Assembly: GCA_051362555.1 (NCBI GenBank)
Contig: CM120648.1
Location: 12,768,587-12,832,586 of the forward strand
Length of the DNA stretch: 64,000 nucleotides
From: Lingula anatina
Lineage: Eukaryota > Animalia > Brachiopoda
Direction of reading: 5' to 3'
Shown here: positions 11,401 to 22,800 of the stretch, piece by piece
How the letters are laid out: each line of letters opens with the position of its first letter
How positions within the stretch are numbered: position 1 is the first letter of the stretch
The notes under the pieces: model-generated
The model's input: only the letters and a program-made list of their open reading frames with translations
What the model was told of the DNA's origin: nothing
The model's database searches: none
Made by a program: the position numbers and the translations under genes

Positions 11401-14400
11401 AACCCGCTCTCTCAGATAGGGTCACGTGTCGTAATTAGCCAGGTAATTAGTCGGCTCAGCTCGAATATACGACAGACAGGCAAATCACAAGTGGCATTGA
11501 TCGCAAAAGGTCTATCATCTCGTGGGCCTATGAATTTTCGAACACTTGCGAGGTTTCAGCCTCACTAGCATGGTTCTGAGTAAAAAACCAAAGCCTACAC
11601 AAAGAGGTGGATCCTACGAGCGTTGGCGAAGAGGAGAGAACCTGCCGAGAAGAACCCACCGAAGCAGTGGACGAAGACGAAGGCAAAGCAGCAGAAGACG
11701 CAGTCCAGTAAGCAGTCTGTCTCGGAGTACTTGCTTTACTATCAGGTGATGTTGGTGTTGTTCTTGTTGTTGATATTAATGTGTTTCCAGCGTATGTGGG
11801 TAATTGCGTGGAGTCAGATACCGTTATTATTGATTGCATTGTGTTAGAGGAGAACAGTGTGGTTGTGGTGGATTGCGTTTTGATCGCCGAGGATGCACCT
11901 ATGTTTATATTACTACTAGAAATTTCCATTGTTTCCGTTTTGAGTTTAGGAATATCTGAAAAACCAACAATTATAATTCTCATTTATTTTTGCTATTGGC
12001 GACTTGCACACGGATGAAAATGACCATTAATAAATCACTGCACTCTGAAAGTAGTACTGTACTTTTAGTAGCTAGATCATTCACTGGCCAAACAAAAGCA
12101 AGCCAATAATCCAAGCAAACTAAAATAACAACAAGTAAAGAAAAAAGTGGGAAAGGAAAGAGAGAAAGAGAGAGTGAGTGAGAGCGGAGGAGATGGGTTT
12201 TTCATACACATTACACAGCAACGCCAAAAAACAGAACACAACTGGAGGAGGCACAGAGCATACATTTCGACAGACACAAAACCAAAATTTAGATCAAAAC
12301 TTAGGGACCATTCAGAATAGAAGACCCGAGTATCAACTGATCCAAGAATTAAATATGGCGGACCCTCCATAGAAGGAAGACGGCGTTATCCTCTCACACG
12401 CCTCCCCACGCGTCCGGTCAAATGGAGCCGAGATTTAATTACTGTGTCCTTTCAGAGGGATGACGCGTGGGAGACCATTTCAGGATTAAGCGGTCTTCCT
12501 TTCTTGTAGAGTCCGCCACATTTTATCCTTGGGTCAGTTGAAACTTGGATCTTCTTTTCTGAATGGCTCCTCGCACTTCACATAAAGCATTTCTATTCAA
12601 CTCTTCCTGTTACATCTATGGTCTAGATTAAGAAATTCTTTAAAATTGTTCATTTGCCAGGTGCCATTTTTTTAAATTACCGGTTGTACCCTTTGGCGTT
12701 GTTGTCGTCGGTTGCTTCATCTTGGTGGTCAAACCAACGGTCCCCAGTTTTGCCGTTGATTTTGCCCGTCCTTCTGTAGTCGAGGTCGATGTTAAGGGAC
12801 CTTCTTCGGTGGTGAAACTGTGCGTGATACGGCTAGAAGTTTTTGTAACGAGCGGTCTCGTGGTCGTGCTTGACCGCACTGTAGACCTACTTGGAAGGGT
12901 GGACGATAACGTCACACGTGCGGTGTTTTTCGTCGTGTGTATTGAAGAAGTGGCGGTGGTTACCGAAGTAACTAAAATCCGAAAACATAGTCTATAACAT
13001 AAAAGTCCCACCAAAACAGTAGTTAAATGTGCCCAAGATCACAAGTAAAGATCTTTTAAGATCTTGACGAATACGCTGTCTTGCTTCTCACAATGATTAT
13101 TTTCGCATAATAATTGCTCATAATCAGTTACGACTAAACCCATTTTTTTCCTTTTTCTTTTTATCCTGAAATTTGTTATTTCCCGTACAGGTACCAAACC
13201 CCAATAAATCACAACTTAATTTAATCACACAGGAAACAATAAATGACACAGAAAACGGTAAATGAAGGAATATAACTTGCCCAGTCGACAGCTTGGGGTC
13301 AGAGTGACGTCATCAATGGCGACGACAGTATGGCCGTCTGGATTGGCCGTCAGAGAGATCTAAACAAATGTGGAAATATTATCATTAAAGAGCAACTATA
13401 AATCTACAAAGATAAGGAAAGAAAATGCGTTTTACATCTGATCGTTTTTGATGTCATTACAACTAAAATTATGAAAATCAGTTTGCCGAGCGATCAAAGT
13501 TTTGCCTACTCTAAGCTCAAGCAGCGTCAGCTTCTTTACCTTCAAACTGCTGTACTCGGTATGTGCACGCTTTTTTTAAAATCTGACCTTTAAGAATTTA
13601 GTTTGAAGTTAAACGAGTCAGTCAGAGACGATCGAGCCTCCAGTTATCCGGAATTCGTGATCTACCGTAGAAGGACATTTGTAATCGCCGCGGTATACTT
13701 TTATTAATTTTAATTTTGAAATGCCTCTGATATTGGTCCTTGACGTTTCCCAATGTGAGAGTAGTGGTTAACCTGACAGTGGCACAGCAAATTTCCCTAA
13801 CAAAACGAACAATTACATGTATACCAATATAGTAGGCTTGTTAAGGGGTCAAACGCTGCATTTTATAGTACAAATGTCTAACTTGACATGAATGTTTCTC
13901 GGGCCAAAGGAAAAATTTTTTCCGTACCTTTGCATTTGGAAGTTGGGAGTTCACAACACTGATGGGGACCTCGTAATACTGCCACGTCCCGGCCATGTCC
14001 ACTGTGTACCGCCCATAACTTGACCACAATGGGTACATCAGTCTGCCGTATGGCGTTGATACGCTCATCACAGACGAATGTCTGTTGGCCCAATAGTAGA
14101 AACGAAACTGAAAGTAGATAAGGCGCGATTTAAATTGTAATGCGGTTTTACCACCCATATGGCGAACTAATAAGCTTAATATGTTTATGCCAAAACTTAA
14201 TCTCTCTATTATTGTACCTTGCAATGCTGGTCTGGTATTATAGTATGTGGGAAGGTGACTGTTTTCTGTCCAGCTGACGTGATAGCCATGAGAAGATAAT
14301 TTGTATCTACATAAAAAGAAAACAACGTTTCATATCGCCAGTTTTGTTAATTCAATAATACGTTTAACAGAGAGCGTCATAAGACATGTTCACATATGTA

Positions 14401-17400
14401 CTGTTATTCTGCAGTTTTTTAATGCAAATGTTTATGTAGCATCGTATTTAAAGCTTACCACTTTTCTGTCTGTTTGAATGTCACACACACGAAACGTATA
14501 CTCGGATATAAAATGTGTGATGTTTTGATCAATCGAAATCTTATGTAACGGGATATATACTAGAAAATAATTACAAATTTATGTTTCAATACAGGGTCCA
14601 AAAGCTTCGGGTCATACATGTCATAAAAATGAGAATGTGCCAATGAAATTTATTTGTTGTGACAAAATTGATTATCATTTTATTGAAGGTACGTCTAATC
14701 TTTGAGTAAATGGTCTACATTGGAAATAAACCCCAGAAAAATATGAAATGGCTTGTATGTCAATACAAAAAAATATCACGTCAAACATTTTAGCATGTTT
14801 GTCGTATGTTTGTATATTAATAAGTGATGAATTATTTTAAGAATTATGAAAACCCCCGCTAAATTAAAAAGGGAATAACAAACTGATGCCAAATGCTTGT
14901 TATTCACGTGGGAGATAGGTAAACAGAAAAATCAAATCACTTTCTTTCAACACAAAATGAATGCTTTTTCATAACCCTTGATCGATTTCTAAAGCATAAA
15001 CATAAACATGTTGAACATTATGACATCGTTGAAATAAAAAGTCTAATCTAAACAAGTTATCCATGAACTCAAACGCTATCAACTGCTTTTGTTCAAACAC
15101 GGCTAGCCTATACCATTTCTTCCGTTATGGTCAGAAGTTGGTCCCCCTGACCCTGACGAGTCTCCCCTTGCCGAGGTCCAACCCGTTCCCACAATCCACT
15201 GCGCCATGCAAGCAGAGCTTTCGTTAAAATCACATCTGGCGGGAAAATGTGCTGTAAAATAGAATGAAAATACAATACACATATAGGCCTCATTCAGAAT
15301 AGGGGACTAACTAGCCTGAGGGTCAAATATGGCCGACCCATTACAAAGCTTGCCGTCCAATCCGCTAATAGACACTGAATAGATTCCCCATTGGGAAGTA
15401 TTCAAGTAGGTCGGCCATACTTGACCCTCGGACTAGTTAGTCCCCTATTCTGAATGGGGCCATAATGGCGTATTGGCGATGTGACATGGCTGGGAAGAAC
15501 CATGCCCAGACCATCGTATATACTCAGACTGTTCTCTTAGGCCTAATTTTAATTATTTAATTATTTTATTAAAATACCTTATAAACACTGCTATGAGGGT
15601 AGAATACACAGAAACACTGGAAGAAGCATGCTGAGGCTTTTGTCCAGTAGTGGAACACTTTAAGCTTTGAATGATGATGGTGGTGGAAAAAAAAACTCGG
15701 TTTTCTCTGGCATCGGCCAGTATAAGCTACCTGTACTTGCAGAATATTTTGTGAGGGAGACGTGGGGGAATCAAGGAGGTGCCCTAAAAGGTAATTTGAC
15801 GAGGGCAAACAGCACATGTCCTCTTTGTTCCATTTTATCGGCCCTTGCAAAACTATTACAAACATCAATGAACTCACTGCAGTTCTTTTCATCCGAGACA
15901 TCTCCACACGTGTCCCTGAAGTCACACACACCGCTCTGAGGTATGCAGTTCTCGTTGTCACACGTGAACTCGTCGTGCGATTGACACTGTCTCTGATAAC
16001 CTAGGGAAATCGATAAACTTTTATAAAAAGTAGCGTAAGGAGAACCATATAAGTAATAACATGACTGAAGATATAAATAAGTACTTAACGAGTACATTGT
16101 AAACTCCTCATGTGATAAAAATGTCTGTAAACACACTCAGCGAAGACCATGCGGCTTGTAGTATAAAAGCTAGCGGCTTCAATGTCTGGCACGAAACGCT
16201 AAGGGTGGGGGGGTAATTAACTTTCGTGCACGCTTAAAATGAATGCAATTTAGCGAGAATCATTTCGGAGACAGTTCGATCCCGCTGGTACCCAGTCTAA
16301 CTGAAGCCACGTTTTACCCATAAAGGGCCCTTATTGGGCCCAGCTACTGCAGAACTTACCCTCGCACTGTACATTTATCACCTCTTGTTCCCCGGCAGTT
16401 TGACAGGACGGTGTGGCGGATTGTCTCGTACAGTCTCGAAGTCTCCTCGAGACTGCGGTACATTCGAAGGTGAAGGGCAGTAATGGCAGCAAGGGAGCTG
16501 TGACTGTAGACCTCTGTGCTGTCCCGGACTTGTACCCCAATTCCCTGGCGGAAAAAGTAGAGCAGGCTTGTTGAGGGGTCAAACGCTGCATTTTTACTAC
16601 AAATGTCTAACTTTCTTATTCATGGAGACAATCTCTATTGATGCATAAATTAGCATAATTAGCATAAATTATGCAAAATTAGATGCCATAAATATAAAAT
16701 TTCATATTTTTATCAGGTTTTTTGCCTTAAGACATGTGAAGATTTTCAAACCTGACTACTGTACATTTGGGACAAGGAAGCCTTTTTAACGTTATGGAAG
16801 CAATCGGCGGTCATTTTGTGTCTCAAATCAAAGATGGCCTCCATATGTGGGGTAGCGTGAAGTCAATTGATGTTCTCTGCTGCAATAGTGCTTGTCAAAT
16901 ATGGATTGATATATAACCTTTAACAGTACAGACTATGTATATGAAAAAATATGAATTTCATGTCGTAGTAAAAAAATGAGAAGTACCGATGACGATAAAA
17001 AGGAAGATATATTGACCGTAATTATATATTGACTGTTCAGCTGCATGTATGTACATGTAGTATCATACCTGCAAGCGACGGTGGCGATGTTTCCCATATT
17101 CTGCGATGCGCAAACTCTCTTTGTGACACCCCCGTGGAACACTTGAAGAATCCCCGCTGACAGACTTGCATCGGAGTCCAAAAGTACAGAGAACTCCCCT
17201 GAAAGTACATAGTGAAACCATATGTCTATGAAACCACGTGTTCCTTGTGGCAAAGACGAAAACACAGGAGGTGGGAGTGGGGTTGGCTGGGTGGGGGTGG
17301 AGGAGGGGTGGGAACGGGTGGGGTGGGTGATGGTACAGGGGCGGATCCAGGATTATTTGAAGGGGGTCTGCGGATGTCACTTGGCGTTGGGTTCGTTGTC

Positions 17401-19787
17401 TGCCGAAGGGCCCCGAAAAATTTTGGTATTTTAAAGGGCGAACGGTGCCATTTAGTACGGTTTAGAAATATGATTCTTATTTCAAGAGGGGACCAGAAAT
17501 CGAAGGGGGGGGGGGTCAGGACCCCACTGAGCCCCCTCTAAATCCGCCACTGTGGTATGTTACAGACAGGGTGACAAATATACTGTATCTTTCTCATTCT
17601 TACAAACTACATTTCACTTCTTGTAAGTAATGCCTACATTCAGATTCTCATTTTAGTGAAATAACTTTTGTCTAGTTGATTATTTTTGATTTTCTTTTTA
17701 TTTTAGGCCAATATGACATACTTTATCTATAGCATGCATTTTACAAACCGGGTGGGAGGGGGCACTGTCAGAAAGTGAAATAATATCAGTACGCAACACC
17801 TGTTTTACTGCTAAGAAACATTTCAGTATGGGGCAGCTAGGGGCATTTGGAATTGTGGGACCAAGATAATATTCTGTCTTTTCGTGGTCACGGATTATGG
17901 CTGAACCCAAAATTGTGTCTAGGATAGGTGGCAAGAGTTTTTTTTATATGACAGACGTTTAAAACACTAGTACTCTTGAAGATTATTTCTGTCTTCCAAA
18001 TTTACACTTTCTGTTTGAGATCCTCCTTCGAGTATTTTCCAATAGACCATAAAATTCAAAATGTATTCATGGCCAAGTACGCACGATTGAGAAACTCCAC
18101 AAGATGAAAGCATTGTAGATTGTCTGCCATTCGGGTAATCCCGGCCCTTTGCGTACCCCCACGCCACTAGTATGATTCAATTACGGAATTAGCCGAAGTT
18201 TTCCGGCTGTATTCGTCCTCACCTGTGAGATGGCAGCCTTCTGAAAACACCAGGTCATCTATGGCGATGTCTCCTCTACTGCCTGTGCCAACAACGCCCT
18301 CTATCACGATCTGCAAGGTGATGGAATCAAATATAGCACATTTTAATCATGCAATTAATTTAAAGAGAAATGCAAACTGGAAATAATGGTATTTGTCTTA
18401 CTTATATTGCAATGTAAGCATTATGACATTTGGCTAGGGAGATTTCATAAAGTGGTAAAATTTAGCACCATTAAAATGCTTGGCCCAGATAGTGAATTTA
18501 ATTTAACTGGCAGATGTTCAAACCAAGAACTTATACCAGTAGACATATGTTATACAATGTAAACAGAGCCTCTGTATACGGGGCTTATTCAGAAAACAAC
18601 TGGAAAAGGTTTGGGAATTATTTAAAAATTGTTGTTGTTGTTTTTTATATACAGCCCCATTGACATTCGCATTTATTTTATTTGTTACACAGGTACATGA
18701 TTTTGGTTCAGGAAAATATTTTTATTATTCTTTTTTAATAGAAAATACTCAGTCTAGTTCTTAAAATCGGTTGGAGCAACAGCGACAAAATTTCTGTGAA
18801 TGAGACAAAGAGATCTGTTACGACGAGAAAGAACCGTGGAATGGGGAACATGGCAGTGGGTATTGCTGGTTGTCCGTGTGTTGTTCTTACATTAATCTGA
18901 TGTTGTTCTTACTGTACATATGTACCTTAAACTGCCCCTGTGAGGCGGGGAGTGCCTGCGTGTATTTTTTCCATATATTTCCCTGGTTGGAACTTGCGAC
19001 AACTGGGTTGCCTTGGAAACAGCTACCGTCCGCCAACATCTGTACGCATGCCCTTAACTCCCAGACATCATCTCCGTACATGTGATAGTAGAGACTGAAC
19101 TGTGGATAGAAATGACGACAAAACTTATCCTTTATAATTACCGGTATTTTAAAAAACATCTAAAATTGTGCTTGGCTTGGCGTGGAAATATGATGAGTAA
19201 CAGAATGTCTTTAACCGTCTCACAGTTTTGATTATACGTACATCTAACTACAGTTTGTATACATGTATTGGAATTTAGAAATAACAAAATTCTGAACATG
19301 AGTTCGTTTGGATCAATACAGATACTTCATGTTTATCTTTTTTATTCAGTGCAGACATACCTCGCATTGGTTTTGACCGAGGAGGAACGAATTCATTATC
19401 GGACTCTCTATTTTCGCCCTTTCCATGAAAAGCCTGTTAGAAGATTCTATATGGATGTAGGTTCCGGAAGCTAAATGAATAAATGAATAAATAAAGTAAA
19501 TGCTAAATGAATAAGAAAACAAACAAACAAATAAATAGATAAATAAATGATGAAGCAGTTAATCATTAAATACAAAAATTGTTTCGCATAATTCAGTCGT
19601 GGTTGCGAATTAAAACAATATCGGTATCAGGCGTTGTCCTTATATTCTGATCCCCAACCCCTGAAACCCTCTTCCTCATCAAAATACCGAATCCCTCCGA
19701 ATATGCTGATTAGACATAACTCTTTGAAGGCGCACAAGTAACAATGGATATTGTCAATACAACCAACATTGCGCCCTGGAAAACATC

Positions 19788-19859
<72 letters not shown>

Positions 19860-22800
19860 GACCCAAGGACTCTTAAACACGATACTGATTACTTGCATGT
19901 TAACTGTGGCCAGGCAGTTAAGACGCATTTTAGCCATTACACTCACTGTTTCCATATGAATGGTCAGCATCAGGTCCAGTTCTTCCAGTGGGCGTCCTTC
20001 CCCGCCTTAATGACCAATCAAAATCATCGTCTGACATCTGGATCCAACTGCAGAGGTCGCCACTTTCGAAGCTGCAATCCGGTGGAACGATGGCATCTAA
20101 GGGTAACGTGAATGTTCAATTTAGGAAAAATTTAATAATGGCAACAGCAAAATAAAACTGACAAATAAAAAGAAAACCACGAAGTGAGTTCAGTATAAGA
20201 AAGGCAGTTGGGCATTATATATCAATAAAATATCTAGTGGAAAGATCCCGCCGGGACGGTAGATCAGCGAGAGAGCGACAGTGTGCTTTGTGAAGGGAGG
20301 CCAGCGAGAAGACTGTGGTGGGCGCTGGCAAGGTAGGTGAGCGAGACGACCGCAGTGTGCGTTGGGACGGTATGTCAGCGAGAGGACCGCAGTGTGCTCT
20401 GTTCTCTGGAAAGCCATTAACTTTCCTTAATAAAGGTGACAGATTATAGAAATTGACAGGGCTGCAGCTGATTAATCTTGGATCAAGCAGGCTAAAATAC
20501 AGGTCCCAACTTTTAAACCAACTATGAGTCGCATAGCGAGAGGACCGCAGAGTGCTTTGTGAAGGTAGGTCAGCGAGAAGACCGTGGTGTGCGCTGGGAC
20601 GGTAGGTCAGCCAGATGACCGCAGTTTGCGTTGGGATGGTAGGTCAGCGAGAGTACGGCAGTGTGCTTGGGGACGGTAGGTCAATAAGAGTACGGCAGTG
20701 TGTGTGGGGACGGTAGGTCAACAAGAGTACGGCAGTGTGCGTGGGGACGGTAGGTCAACAAGAGTACGGCAGTGTGCACTGTTCTCTGGAAATCCACTTT
20801 CCCTGATAAAGGTGACAGACTTAAAAAGTTGCCAGAGCTGCAGTTGATTAAATGCACGTTCGGAATCCAAATTACAACTCTTCCGGACGAACATTGAGGA
20901 GACGCGCTTTTGGTTTAACCCTTGCCCCTCTTTACAAGTGAACGTTAACAAATTGCTCATTCCTTTAAATGTTGAAATATCTTGCAACGGAAGCGACTTT
21001 TTATATCTCTGTTTGCTTTTTAAAACCTACCTTTATAAGTAACACATTTATGTATTTTCGGATGTAGGTACAGAGTTTATTGGGTAACGTCGTATACAAA
21101 TTAGGCTTGAGATAATGCACGTCCGTTCGAAACCAAACACAACACGTGTTTTAAAATCAATATTGTGGTGATAAGCGGCAAAATCTTCGGCAAACAAAGC
21201 TACCGTGTTAACAGTGTACCTCTTCTGAGGACCAGGACAGGGCTCTTAAGGCCGGCTTACACTTTTAGCGACATGCTGATGTACCGGCGTCAGTGCATAC
21301 AGCTCAGCTCAGATGACTGTTTTCTTATTCACTGCCGATAATATGATTATATAAGTAAGGTGTTCTTTGGATCAATGGCCGCATTCAGAACAGTGAACTA
21401 ACTAGTCCGAGGGTTCAATATGGCCGACCCACTTGAATACTTCCCCACAGGATATCTATTCAATGTCTATTAGCGGATTAGACGGCATGCTTTGTACTGG
21501 GTCGCCATATTTGACCTGCAGACTTGTTAGTCCAATGTTCTGAATGCGGCTAATCTGACGCACACTACATGTCCCTTTCCTCGCTTGGACACTAACTCAG
21601 CAGGCACATCGCCGTATGCGCAGGAGTAGTATTTTAAGGCCGGTGATAGGGTTAAATACGCTTAAAATCGTGTTTTTGAGTTTTTTGTGTGTTTATATTA
21701 ATCAAAAAAGTATCTAACGTTGGATGTAATAATTTTTATGAATTTGCATCGCAAAATGCGTCTTTTGATGAGTTTTTCAACCGGCACGCGCCCCAGTCAG
21801 GCTGACAACTAAGCCACGCCTCTGTTACTAAGGGCCGTTGCCATGAGGGGGTCGGAGCACAGTTAATGAGTTATAAGCCGATTACGTGTGCGGTAATAGG
21901 TCATAAGTCTTACATCAGCTTAGCAGCGAAGAAGTCTAGCTAGTACACTATGGGGAAGAGAAAAGTTCGTGTTAAAAGTCCCTTTCCAGAGGAAAGAAGG
22001 AAAATTTTGAGAGTAAGGCCTATGGTTGGGGAAAACCGGCCCTATTTGTTCAGTCGGATGACTGATTTCTGTATACCTAATAAATGGGTGAAAGAGTTAA
22101 TCGAAACGTCCAAATTAATTGACAAATGAAAGAAAAATCGATAAAAACATAAATAAAAAAAGCTAAAAAAGGATACTTTTAGCCTAGCCTTTAATTTTTG
22201 CGATATATATCGTCGAGCGTATCTGCGACACGTTACGAAACCGGAAATGATTGTTGGTCGCCGTTTGCAAAAGGTAAATCTAATGTTGACAAAATAAAAT
22301 TTTATTCTCCAAGATATGATATCATGGAGCTTGAGAGACACGCGAAAAATTGTGATTTGAATGGCCAAACAAGAGAAATCCAAGCAAGAGAAATCCAAAC
22401 AAGAGAAATCCAAGGTTGACAGCATGATTAAAACAATAAAAATAAAAACGCATGTTAGCGGCTTTGCATTTTGCGATATTTGGAGAAAAACAATTTCAAA
22501 ATCACTGATCAAGCGGGAAGAAAGAGTTCAAGTGTCCAAAAATGAAAATCACAAAAAGACCCCGAGAATAGTCAAGGCTAGCAGGTAAAAAGCAAATAGG
22601 GTCTAAGTGTCATGTGTGTAAAAATAAAATATTTATTCAAAAGCCTTCTCTCAGCCACTTTTACCGCTGAATCTTGTGCAGCTGAGCGTCTCCGCTTTAT
22701 CTTAGCTGGCATTTTGAGCGAGACCGCTCTGAAGTAATCACTGGATTTTTCCGTTGATCTGACGACTACCAAGTGCCGTGCAAAATAATCCTGCAGCGTT

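Noticed and set aside
19710-19970. Poly-Leu and poly-Asn ORFs
   Set aside because: They are translations of the (AAT)n microsatellite in an intron.
20255-20790. CRISPR-like array of ~39-bp repeats
   Set aside because: The units are contiguous with no unique spacers, there are no cas genes, and the context is a eukaryotic intron. It is a minisatellite.
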